Assembly: GCF_018350175.1 (NCBI RefSeq)
Contig: NC_058368.1
Coordinates: 165,604,001 to 165,668,000 of the forward strand
Length of the DNA stretch: 64,000 nt
Direction: 5' to 3'
Source: Felis catus
Lineage: Eukaryota
Part shown: piece after piece, positions 26,598-39,456 of the stretch
Layout of the letters: each line of letters starts with the position of its first letter
Position numbering within the stretch: the first letter of the stretch is position 1
The notes under the pieces: generated by a model
The model's database searches: none
Told to the model about the DNA's origin: nothing
The model's input: the letters and a program-made list of their open reading frames with translations, nothing else
Position numbers and translations under genes: made by a program

Positions 26598-29081
26598 AAA
26601 TGTCAGGAAGAATTTAAGCTCATGTATCAATTTTTTTCATTAAAATATATATTGAGAATTGTAGTAGGCATTGGGTGTCCAATGATAAAACAATCTTGTG
26701 AATGGTACTAAAGGAGCTATTCAGCATGCAGTGAGTATATATGTTGTAAGTTCTAAGAAGGAAAATCACAGCAGAGTAAAATAGTAACAGAACAGGTGAA
26801 CTGGATTTATTCTCAAGAGTTGAGAAAGTCCTTAAATAAGAAGACAGTATTTAAACTGAGACCTCAGGAAATCCAAGAAGGAGTCAAGCCACAAAAGAGT
26901 TGTCCAATTCTAGGGACAAAATATCCCATATTTGAAGGCTCAGCACTGTAAGACTCTCTATGATCATATATATTTATTGTCAGCGTATCCATTACCCAAT
27001 CATAAAACTCTTACACAAACTACTAACGGCATGTGTTTTGCATTCCAATATGAAACTATACAGAGAGCTTAAATATAATAGCAAAAGGAAATTTTTTGCA
27101 AAAAATATAATGAATGGGTCAAAGTAGTAAGAAGGTACTATGGAAGACTTAAGCATTTACCAATAGGTATCCTTAGAATTAAACAACAGAAAAACAAACA
27201 ATAAAACACTAAAAATAAGTTCCCCTGAGAAGTTATTTGCATCATTAGAGCAATTTACTTATTTTTTCATTCGTTTTTGTTTTCCATGTTATTTTTCATT
27301 GCTAATACAACATTAAAAAGACTTAATCTCTAAAAAGTTTGCGCTTTTAGCAGATTAACCATTGGTTTTGGCAATTAGAATTTTGCCACATTATGAGCAA
27401 AAACAGAGCGTGCATTTTGGGGTAAAATATTAGTCCACAAAAGTTAATTTTGGAAATAATATTTTCAAAATATGCACATAATCCACCTAGAATGTAATAT
27501 GTATTAGTCTTAGGAAACAGTATTTCAGCATGACAAAATTGATAATTTCCTAAAAATGTATAATTTAAGAAGGAACAAATTGTCTTAGGAATTAATAAAG
27601 CCCACATGCTAATGCATGTAATTCGAATGTGTCACATATTCATTTACCTACGTTGGAATAAAATTCCCTATTAGTCTTTCATTCTTGCAAATGAAGTATG
27701 GCCATTCTATGGAAAAACAGTTATTGCTGAATACTTCTTAAGAAAGTATAGAAAGATATTTAAGGGCTTAAGATTTGGTATGTCAGGATATATTTTTCTC
27801 CTTCTAATGGTAATTGGGAAAGCTGAATGGTTGACTCATTAAGCAAAGTGGTTGCATTTTTTTCAATGGCATAGCAGCCATATATTTAAATATTAAAGAT
27901 TCACAAATAAACTTTTGGTTTTCTTTGGACAAAAATGTGTGTTCCAAAATATGAATCACTTTTCTGTCAATTTTTATTTACCGCCTGATAATTACTAATA
28001 TAAGAGCTCTGTATTATTTCACATAAATATTTTACTATGAAATAAAATACATTATAGAAAAAATATACATTATTAAGTATTCTGAGAAGTTTCCAGTTTC
28101 AGAATTGACTATTGGGTTAGACACAAAAATCTTATTCATGAACTAATGCTCTAAAAAATAATCTTCGGGAAGATGGTGGCGTTGGAGGACACTGGGCTCA
28201 CTGCGCGTCCTGCTGATCACTTAGATTCCACCTACACCTGCCTAAATAACCGAGAGAACAGCTAGAAGACTAGCAGAATGGAGTCTCCGGAGCCAAGCAC
28301 AGATGAGAGACCCACGGAAGAGGGTAGGAAGGTCAGAGAGGCGGTGCGCACTCCACGGACTCGGAGGAGGGAGGCGGGTGGAGGGGAAGCCCGCTGGCCA
28401 AGCAGAGCCCCCAAGTCTGGCTTGCAAAGGTGGAGGGGCCTGACGGAGTGTGTTCCAACAGCAAGCGGGACTTGACATCTGGAAGGTTATAAGCTAACAG
28501 CTCTGCTCGGGGAACGAGAGGACTTGAGGACAACGGGAAGGAGAGTTGTTGAGCCCTGGACGACAGAGCTCAGCTTGGCGGGGAACAAAGACGTTCGCCA
28601 TCACCATATCCCTCGCCCATCCCCCAGCCAAAATCCCAAAGGGAACCAGTTCCTGCCAGGGAACTTGCTTGCACCACGCAAACACCCAAAGCTGTGCTTC
28701 TGCAGATCCATCCCTCCAGCGGGTCTGACTCCCTCCTGGTGCCACAGGGCCCCTCCTGAAGCAGATCTCCAAAGGAAAAGCAAGCTGAGCCTGCCCCTCC
28801 CGCCGCTGTGCACCTGGCCGATCCACGCCAGGTAATATGCCAGATCCCAGCACCACAAGCCTGGCAGTGTGGAAGTAGCCCAGATGGGCCATGCCACCCC
28901 ACAGTGAATCCCACCCTTAGGAGAGGGGAAGAGAAGGCACACACCAGTCTGACTGTGGCCCCGGTGGTGGGCTGGGGGCAGACATCAGGTCTGACTGCGG
29001 CCCTGTCCACCAACAAAAGTTATTCAAGACAGCACAGGTAAAGTGCCCCGCAGTCCCGCACCACTCCAGGGACTATCCAAA

Positions 29082-29966
29082 ATGAAGAAACTGAAGAATT
29101 CCCTTCAGAAAAATGTCCAGAAAATAACAAAAGCTAACGAACTGATCAAAAACGATTTAAACAATATAACAGAAAGTGAATTTAGAATAATAGTCATAAA
29201 ATTAATCGCTGGGCTTGAAAACAGTATAAAGGACAGCAGAGAATCTCTTGCTACAGAGATCAAGGGACTAAGGAACAGCCAGGAGGAGCTAAAAAATGCT
29301 ATCAATGAGCTGCAAAATAAAATGAGGCAACCACAGCTTGGACTGAAGAGGCAGAGGAGAGAATAGGTGAACTAGAAGATAAAATTATGGAAAAAGAAGA
29401 AGCTGAGAAAAAGATAAAAAAATCCAGGAGTATGAGGGGAAAATTAGAGAACTAAGTGATGCACTAAAGAGAAATAATCTACGCATAATTGGTATTCCAG
29501 AGGAGGAAGAGAGAGGGAAAGGTGCTGAAGGTGTACTTGAAGAAATCATAGCTGAGAACTTCCCGGATCTGGGGAAGCAAAAAGGCACTGAAATCCAAGA
29601 GGCACAGAGAACTCCCTTCAGATGTAACTTGAATTGATCAGCACGATATTTCATAGTGCAACTGGCCAAATACAAGGATAAAGAGAAAATTCTGAGAGCA
29701 GCTAGGGACAAATGTGCTCTAACATATAAAGGGAGAACTATAAGACTCATGACCGATCTCTCTACTGAAACTTGGTAGGCCAGAAAGGAATGGCAGGAGA
29801 TCTTCAATGTGATGAACAGAAAAAATATGCAGCCAGAATCCTTTATCCAGCAACTCTGTCATTTAGAATAGAAGGAGAGATAAAGGTCTTCCCAAACAAA
29901 CAAAAACTGAAGGAATTCGTCACCACTAAACCAGCCCTACAAGAGATCCTAAGGGGGATCCTGTGA
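29082..29966 (+). pseudogene. L1 ORF1p remnant (copy B)
   Basis: MKKLKNSLQK..ELIKNDLNNITESEFRIIVIKLIAGLE...[26 protein letters not shown]; frameshifts and stops. Confidence 0.9.
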
Positions 29967-30016
29967 GACAAAGTACCAGAGACATCGCTACAAGCATGAA
30001 ATCTACAGACATCACA

Positions 30017-32792
30017 ATGATTCTAAACCCATATCTTTCTATAATAACACTGAATGTAAATGGACTAAATGCACCAACCAAAAGACATAGGGTATCACAA
30101 TGGATAAACAAACAAGACCCATCTATTTGCTGTCTACAAGAGACTCATTTTAGACCTGAGGACACCTTCAGATTGAGAGTGAGGGGATGGAGAACTATTT
30201 ATCATGCCACTGGAAGCCAGAAGAAACCTGGGGTAGCCATACTTATATCAGACAAACTAGACTTTAAAATAAAGGCTGTAACAAGAGATGAAGACGGGTA
30301 TTATATAATAATCACGGGGTCTATCCATCAGGAAGAGTTAACAATTATAAATGTCTATGCACCGAATACAGGAGTCCCCAAATATAAAAAAAAAAAACAA
30401 TTACTCACAAACAAAAGCAACCTTATTGATAAGAATGTGGTAATTGCAGGGGACTTTGACACTCCACTTATAGAAATGGATAGATCATCTAGACACACGG
30501 TCAATAAAGAAACAAGGGCCCTGAATGATACATGGGATCAGATGGACTTGACAGATATATTTAGAACTCTGCATCCCAAAGCAACAGAATATACTTTCTT
30601 CTCAAATCGAATTCAACAGCATATAAAAAGAATTATTCACCATGATCAAGTGGGATTCATTCCTAGGCTACAGGGCTGGTTCCACATTTGCAAATCAATC
30701 AATGTGAGACATCACATTAATAAAAGAAAAGATAAGAACCATATGATCCTGTCAATTGATGCAGAAAAGGCCTTTGACAAAATTCAGCAACTTTCTTAAT
30801 AAAAGCCTTTGAGAAAGTCGGGATAGAATGAACATACTTAAACATCATAAAAGTCATTTATGAAAAGCCCATAGCTAACATCATCCTCAATGGGGAAAAA
30901 CTGAGAGCTTTTTCCCTGAGATCAGGAACACGACAGGGATGCCCACTCTCACCGCTGTTGTTTAACATAGTGTTGGCAGTGTAGCAGCAGCAATCAGACA
31001 ACAAAAGGAAATCAAAGGCATCAAAATTGGCAAAGATGAAGGTAAGCTTTCACTTTTTGCAGATGACATGATATTATACATGGAAAATCCTATAGACTCC
31101 ACCAGAAGTCTGCTAGAATTGATACATGAATTTAGCAAAGCTGCAGGATACAAAATCAATGTACAGAAATCAGTTGCATTCTCATACACTAAAAATGAAG
31201 CAACAGAAAGACAAATAAACTGATCTCATTCACAATTAGACCAAGAAGCATAAAATACCTAGGAATAAATCTAACCAAAGATGTAAAAGATCTGTATGCT
31301 GAAAACTATAGAAAACTTAGGAAGGAAATTGAAGAAGATATAAAGGAATGTAAAAACATTCCATGCTCATGGATTGGAAGAATAAATATTGCCAAAATGT
31401 CAATACTACCCAAAGCTATCTACACATTCAATGCAATCCCAATTAAAATTGCACCAGCATTCTTCTCAAAACTAGAACAAGCAATCCTAAAATTCATATG
31501 GAACCACAAAAGGCCCCGAATAGGCAAAGTAATTGTGAAGAAGAAGACCAGAGCGGGAGGCATCACAATCCCAGACTTTAGCCTCTACTACAAAGCTGTC
31601 ATCATCAAGATCGCATGGTATTGGCACAAAAACAGACACATAGACCAATGGAATAGAATAGAAACCCCAGAACTAGACCCACAAACATATGGCCAACTCA
31701 TCTTTGACAAAGCAAGAAAGAACATCCAATGGAAAAAAGACAGTCTCTTTAACAAATGGTGCTGGGAGAACTGGACAGCAACATGCAGAAGATTGAAACT
31801 AGAACACGTTCTCACACCATTCACAAAAAAAAAAAAAAAACTCAAAATGGATAAAGGACCTGAATGTGAGACAGGAAACCATCAAAACCCTAGAGGAGAA
31901 AGCAGGGAAAAACCTCTCTGACTTCAGCTGCAGCAATTTCGTAGTTGACACATCCCCAACGGCAAGGGAATTAAAAGCAAAAATGAACTACTGGGACCTT
32001 ATGAAGATAAAAAGCTTCTGCACAGCAAAGGAAACAACCAACAAAACTAAAAGGCAACCAACGGAATGGGAAAAGATATTTGCAAATGACATATCGGACA
32101 AAGGGCTAGTATCCAAAATCTATAAAGAGCTCACCAAACTCCACACCCGAAAAACAAATAACCCAGTGAAGAAATGGGCAGAAAACATGAATAGACACTT
32201 CTCTAAAGAAGACATCCAGATGGCCAACAGGCACATGAAAAGATGCTCAACGTCGCTCCTCATCAAGGAAATACAAATCAAAACCACACTCAGATACCAC
32301 CTCACACCAGTCAGACTGGCTAAAATGAACAAATCAGGAGACTATAGATGCTGGAGAGAATGTGGAGAAACGGGAACCCTCTTGCACTGTTGGTGGGAAT
32401 GCAAATTGGTTCAGCTGCTCTGGAAAAGTGTGGAGGTTCCTCAAAAAATTAAAAATAGACCTACCCTATGACCCAGCAATAGCACTGCTAGGAATTTACC
32501 CAAGGGATACAGGAGTACTGATGCATAGGGCCACTTGTACCGCAATGGTTATAGCAGCACTCTCAATAATATCCAAATTATGGAAAGAGCCTAAATGTCT
32601 ATCAACTGATGAATGGATAAAAAAAAATGTGGTTTATATACACAATGGAGTACTACGTGGCAATGAGAAAGAATGAAATATGGTCCTTTGTAGCAACATG
32701 GATGGAACTGGAGAGTGTGATGCTAAGTGAAGTAAGCCAGCCATACAGAGAAAGACAGATAACATATGGTTTCACTCCTATGTGGATCCTGA
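30017..32792 (+). pseudogene. L1 ORF2p remnant (copy B) with EN-to-RT deletion junction at ~30605
   Basis: LNVNGLN, CCLQETH, GDFD, YTFFS joined directly to [22 protein letters not shown] at ~31056; later stops and frameshifts. Confidence 0.93.
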
Positions 32793-34835
32793 GAAACTTA
32801 ACAGAAGACCATGGTGGAGGGGATGGAAAAAAATGAGGTTAGAGTGGAATAGAGCCAAAGCATAAGAGACTCTTAAAAACTGAGAACAAACTGAGAGTTG
32901 AGGGGGGTGGTAGGGAGAGGAAGGTGGGTGATGGGTATTGATGAGGGCACCTTTTGTGATGAGCACTGGGTGTTGTATGGAAACCAATTTGAAAATAAAC
33001 TTCATATATTGAGAAAAAAAATCTTCAAATAGGATAAATTAACTTCCAAAGAAGACTTTTAGACTATGTTTTCTGAGACATTTTTGCAATCTTGTGTTCA
33101 TTTTAATCCTTCAGAGTGTTTTCTCTATACCTCCTTTTTGACAGGAAAGTCCATGCCAATCACAATTTTTCTCTAGTCAGGGTCTAAAACTCTATGCTTA
33201 TTTTTTAATTAGTTCCTGGAATGTTTCTATTACTGGGATGCCATTCACACTACACATTAAATACATTTAAAACAAGTTTCAAATTCCTCTTCTTTAAGAA
33301 CCTCCAAGCTCCCAACTATCACTGTTAAATACTCGTTTAGTTGTTTCTGTGTCCTTTGCTTCCATTACTAATGTATCTCATTTTACACAAGCATAAGGAT
33401 AATTTTTCACTTGCACACCATTGTCAATTTATTGCACAACCTTAGACCAATCACTGAAATCTGTTTCTGTTTTTCCATGTGTAAAATGGGGAAGCTTGGA
33501 GATTATATTTGAATATAATAAAACATATGTTTAAAACACTCTGCTCATGATATGCATATTTTTCGATTATAGAAGTAAATGGTAATAAACCATAATTATA
33601 TACTTTATCCCAATTCTTTCTTTAAACTGAAAGCAGACAGAAAAAAATATTTCAAAGTAACAGGACGTATGGTAAATGCTAACCAGTCTTGTGAACTCCC
33701 TAGAGTGGCATCCTTCCTCAGGTAGGACATAAGAACAGAACTTAAATCCTACTTGAGGTTATATTAAAGAGGAGAATTTTTGGTGCAGAACCTAAGATTG
33801 GGTTTAGAAAGAAAATCAAGGTAAACACATTTATGTACTTTGCATATTATATTTTCTTTATAGCTTTAATATCTGTAGGGTCCTTTAAATGTTTCCTGAA
33901 TGTTTTTAGTGTATATTTATTTACCTTATAGATGCACTAAGGTAACGTTAGCATTGCTTATGACTCTGAAAACAAATCATTCCTCATTTTGACAAGTTAG
34001 GCATTTGCAAAGCTGAATCATTAGTTTCTTTAATTAGCAGAAAAGTATTTTATTGTCAAAATAAAAGATTTCATTTATTTCCAATTTTATAAAGATTTAT
34101 ATAAAATTAAAGCAAATTATATCTCTTAGAATACTCTGCCATTAGCCTCATCATGAAAAATGGCAAAGATATGGAATATCCATTTAATTCTTTAAGAAAA
34201 GTTTTTTTTGTGTACATTTTGATAATTTTATTTCAGTGGTCTTCAGGTTTGTCCCTGTGTCATGATATTTAGAATTATGAAAAATTCTAGATGCTGCATT
34301 ATTTATTTCCTTTATTCAGTTTTCTAAGAAATTTGAAAAAATAAATGAAATTTTCAGATTTAGTTTCACTGATGAATTAGAAACATATAATTCATGAGCA
34401 CTTTTTCTCTTGGGACTGTTTGTTTGGCTTTTTACTATTCATTGTGAGACCTTCCTTAAAAGCCTTTTGACACAGGCATGGTAAAAATATGAAGTTGAAA
34501 TACCATCTGCTGAAAGCCACTAATGGTCTTCTACCTATAAAGGAAGTTGATAATTTCACTGATTTTTTTCTCTAACATTGTTATTGTCTGGTTCTACAAA
34601 AGGAAGATATATATTTGTGGACTTCAATATAATATGGCAGCAGTAATTCAGCATTTTCCGTATACAAATGCAATGCTGGAACCAGAACACAATTATACCA
34701 GTAAATATAAAGGGAGAATTGTCTACAAATATAAGTTTCCAAATAGCTATTCACAATTTCATGTATTTTAATAAAAGTTAAGTAATATTTTGCAGCAACA
34801 TGAAAAAAGGAAATTGATAATTTGTAAGAGTAGGA

Positions 34836-36253
34836 TTGACAGGATCATATGGTTCTTATCTTTGTATTGGCACAAAAACAGACACATAGACCAATGGAAT
34901 AGAATAAAGGCTCCAGAATTGGACCCACAAAAGTATGGCCAACAAATCTTTGACAAAGCAGAAAAGAATATCCAATGGAAAAAAGACAGTCTCTTTAACA
35001 AATGGTGCTGGGAGAACTGGACAGCAACATGCAGAAGATTGAAACTAGAACACGTTCTCACACCATTCACACACAAAAAAAAACTCAAAATGGATAAAGG
35101 ACCTGAATGTGAGACAGGAAACCATCAAAACCCTAGAGGAGAAAGCAGGGAAAAACCTCTCTGACTTCAGCTGCAGCAATTTCGTAGTTGACACATCCCC
35201 AACGGCAAGGGAATTAAAAGCAAAAATGAACTACTGGGACCTTATGAAGATAAAAAGCTTCTGCACAGCAAAGGAAACAACCAACAAAACTAAAAGGCAA
35301 CCAACGGAATGGGAAAAGATATTTGCAAATGACATATCGGACAAAGGGCTAGTATCCAAAATCTATAAAGAGCTCACCAAACTCCACACCCGAAAAACAA
35401 ATAACCCAGTGAAGAAATGGGCAGAAAACACGAATAGACACTTCTCTAAAGAAGACATCCAGATGGCCAACAGGCACATGAAAAGATGCTCAACGTCGCT
35501 CCTCATCAAGGAAATACAAATCAAAACCACACTCAGATACCACCTCACACCAGTCAGACTGGCTAAAATGAACAAATCAGGAGACTATAGATGCTGGAGA
35601 GAATGTGGAGAAATGGGAACCCTCTTGCACTGTTGGTGGGAATGCAAATTGGTTCAGCTGCTCTGGAAAAGTGTGGAGGTTCCTCAAAAAATTAAAAATA
35701 GACCTACCCTATGACCCAGCAATAGCACTGCTAGGAATTTACCCAAGGGATACAGGAGAGCTGATGCACAAAGGCACTTGTATCCCAATGTTTATAGCAG
35801 CACCTTCAACAATAGCCAAATTATGGAAAGAGCCTAAATGTCCATCAACTGATGAATGGATAAAGAAGTTGTGGTTTATATATGCAATGGAATACAATTT
35901 GGCATTGAGAAATGATGAAATATGGCCTTTTGTAGCAACGTGGATGGAAGTGGAGAGTGTTATGCTAAGTGAAATAAGTCATACAGAGAAAGACAGATAC
36001 CATATGTTTTCACTCTTATGTGGATCCTGAGAAACTTAACAGAAGACCATGGTGGAGGGGAAGGAAAAAAAAAAGTTAGAGAGGGAGGGAGCCAAACCAT
36101 AAGAGACTCTTAAAGACTGAGAATAAACTGAAGGTTGATGGGGGGGGGGGGATAGGAGGAAGGGGAAAGTGGGCCTTGAGGAGGGCACCTGTTGGGATGA
36201 GCACTGGATGTTGTATGGAAACCAATTTGACAATAAATTTCATATTTTAAAAA
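34836..36253 (+). mobile_element. 5'-truncated felid L1 (copy C) with a ~29 bp inverted 5' tag
   Basis: ORF2 C-terminus from 34864 to stop at 36030, 3'UTR, A tail; TSD aagagtagga at 34826-34835 and 36254-36263; 34835-34863 is the reverse complement of RT-region aaagataagaaccatatgatcctgtcaat. Confidence 0.94.
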
Positions 36254-37193
36254 AAGAGTAGGAGTAGGATTAAATTTCAGAATTATAAAACACACATATG
36301 CATAAACATTCCTCCCATACACTGCATAGGAATACACTAAGATGTTGTTTCATTTGCAATAATTCGCCTTTTTGTTTGATTATTTTTATTTCTTTTGAGT
36401 TCATTTGTTTCTAAAAATGTATTTTAAGGATATGGCTTCCTTAAAACAAAAGAAAACCTCATCTCATACTTTCCTATCAACTGTTCTCTTACATGCAGCA
36501 TAGCCTTATGTTATTCAATGTAGAAGATAATTCATGTCAATTTATATATTTATACTTTCAAATTTAAACTTTATACACCTACATATTTTCTTTTAAAGTT
36601 CATTTCAATGGATCTTCAAATTTTAATTTAAAATGAATATAAGCTTTAATTTTGTTTTTGTTTACACATAGATTAATACTTGAATTGATTATGTACATCA
36701 AAAAGGATTATGCATTTTTAAATATTATATTTATGCTATTTTTATTTATTTTTGATATTTAAAAAATGCAAAGAAAAGAATATAACAGCATATCAAATGC
36801 TAGAAATTTATTAGTGTATTTCAGTTTTTAACAAGTATATAATTTCAAAAAACTATACAATTAATAACTGATTATCCATTAACTATAACTTTATAAATAA
36901 AATTGACGTGTCCTGTAATCATCCTATCTCATTCTTTAGAAATAAAATAATTTTCTGGTGTATATATTTTCAGTGTATTTCATTCTTTTGTACAAATCTG
37001 TTTTACAAAGCCTTTTTTTTGATGATTTTCAAATGCATTTAATTGGCATCATGCAGAAAAAAGAATCCTATAACATTTTACTCAAAACTATATCACATCC
37101 CCCGTGAATTCTACATAATAATGTAGATGTATCTGATTTACCCCAAATTATTATTGCAATGTTTGATGGTTTTCTACTCTTAAGATGATTTTA

Positions 37194-37424
37194 GGGGCGC
37201 CTGGGTGACACAGTTGGTTGAGCATCCAACTCTTGATTTCCACTCAGGTCATGATCCCAGGGTCTTGGGCTCAAGCCCCACGTCCAGCTGCATGCTGAGA
37301 GAGTGGAGCCTGCTTAAGATTCTCTCTCTCTCCCCACTTCTGCCTCCTTCCCCTGCTCATTCTCTCTCTCTCAAATAAAATGAATAAAAATGAATAAAAA
37401 TAAAATAATTTTAAAATAAGAAAA
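37194..37424 (+). mobile_element. Can-SINE (older type)
   Basis: ggggcgcctgggtgacacag head, cctgcttaagattctctctc, patterned A tail. Confidence 0.93.
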
Positions 37425-39240
37425 AAGACTGTTTTACTTCTTTGTAGGTTACAAAATCTTACCTGTTATGTGTATCATTTTCTTGTATTAAATAGAAGCA
37501 GTGGTGTTAATTATCTTAAGAAGACTACTCAGGAATGTCCTACTTTTATGTTACAAATTAATATACACATTTATAAGAAAAATGTATAGGATTTATGCTT
37601 TTTTTAAGTTAATATGGGATTTTAAAAATATGTATATATTATACTAATCGTGTTGAAAGAAATTACTAAGAAAAATATTGATGAAAACTAACAGTTGATA
37701 AAATCAAATATTTTTATTATTTGGGACTTTTTCTCTCCATGAAATAAAGAGAAGCAGAGAAATATATAAAGTTTTTCTAAAATACAGATTTGCTAACAGT
37801 TATCAATAGGATAAAAGTGAAGTCATCTCGAGAACTTAATATATTTACAGAAAAAGAAAGCATAGGTCAATTTTGCTAACTAAAACAAACAAACAAACAA
37901 ACATACAACAAAGGACAATGTTTAAGAAATCTGACAAAAGGGATTTTAAGGCCTTCAAAACTGATCATAGAAAGCATAAAACTACTGTCAGACCGTGGGA
38001 AGAATTTCATATGCAAAATGGATTGAGTTATACAAAAGACATTAATTGTATTTATAAAGACTATTTTATAGCAGCCTTTCTAAAACATGAAGAATAACTG
38101 GCAAATGCAAAAAGAAAGTTACAGAGCTAGCATCCTCAAGGTGCTCTGAGGGACAATAGTTCCAGGAACTCAGTTTCTCTGTGAAGGAAGCCTATTAGCT
38201 AGGCCATCATAGCTATGGCCTGAGGAACAGACTTCTCATTAAACACACATCTAGGGAATGACTGGAATCGTTTCTAGAGACCTCAGAGAGTGAGTGCTAG
38301 CTTTGTGCTTATCCTCTGTTATGCTCCTTGAGGGAAGCACTACATGTGTCTGGTACCTGGTTTTTGCAGCTGATACCCAGAGGGTGCCCCTTGATTTCTT
38401 GGCTCTGGTTGTCAGAGGGGCTTGTGTTTCTGGGTCCTACAGGACTAGAGGAAAAGGAGGGACAGTTCTTGGTAGGATATTACCTCCTGGGTGCTGCACA
38501 GACAGCAGACTGAGGCACACCCCCTTAGTCTTCCTGTGAAGAAGGTCACTTTATTGTCCTAGAGATTGAGCTGATGGGGAGGTTTCAGGTTTGGCACATA
38601 TTTAGTCGAATGGAACTGCTCTCAAAAAACATAGGCAATGGACACCATCTTGGCTCATTTGCTCTGCCTTGTTCCAGTTTGCCATTATCTCTGAGAAAGG
38701 AGCTTATACACTTGTCTGGAGCTATGATTTTGTAATTACCAACCAGGGAACATCTCTAGATCACCTGGTTCTGGTGGCCAATAGGGTTTATGTAGGTGGT
38801 CAGACAGGACTGCATATATTAGCATACTTTTAAAAATTGTTGCCTGAATATCTGGCTTTTAGTCAGCCCGAATTGAGATGCTGGGATCCTTTCCTCTGGA
38901 ACACTGACAAATCTTGGCACATCTTCAAATACTGGAAGCCACTGAAAATATAATAGGCTGCTGAACAAGCACAGAGGTTTGAGAGACAACCAAGAGCTGG
39001 GGCAGGGCTGAATGAAAAGGTTCATCTCCTTCGAGACTGGGAGTGGTGGCTGATTTATCTTCAGAATAGAAACCAAGCACAGAGAGTAAAGCAAAATGTA
39101 AAACCAGAGGAATATGTTCAAAATGAAAGAATAAGATAAAACCTCAAGAAAAGACCCTTAATGAAACAGAGATAAGTAACTTACCTGATAAAGAGTTCTA
39201 AGTAATTGTTATGGAGACTCTCACTAAAGTAGGGAGAAGA

Positions 39241-39456
39241 GGGGTGCCTGGGTGGCTCAGTCAGTTAAGTGTCTGGCTTCGGCTCAGATCATGATCTCAC
39301 AGCTTGTGGGTTCGAGCCCCACGTCCCACTCTGTGCTGACAGCTCAGAGCCTGGAGCCTGCTTCTGATTCTGTGTCTCCCTTTCTCTCTCTGCCCCTCCC
39401 CCCACTCACACTCTGTCTCTGTCTCTCAAAAAATAAATAAACAATAAAAATTTTTT
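39241..39456 (+). mobile_element. Can-SINE in old L1 ORF1
   Basis: TSD aaag[t/a]agggagaaga at 39226-39240 and 39457-39471. Confidence 0.95.

Larger units (their letters stand above)
28167..33019 (+). mobile_element. Felid LINE-1 (copy B): both ends present, ~1.06 kb internal ORF2 deletion
   Basis: 5'UTR begins gggaagatggtggc; ORF1, ORF2, 3'UTR; TSD aaaaa(t)aatcttc at ~28153-28166 and ~33014-33026. Confidence 0.96.

Noticed and set aside
30595..30615. Copy B deletion as a spliced-out intron (GT and AG lie near the breakpoints in copy A)
   Set aside because: No register of the caa microhomology gives GT..AG ends; true splicing would yield ctcaacaaatcg, but ctcaaatcg is observed.
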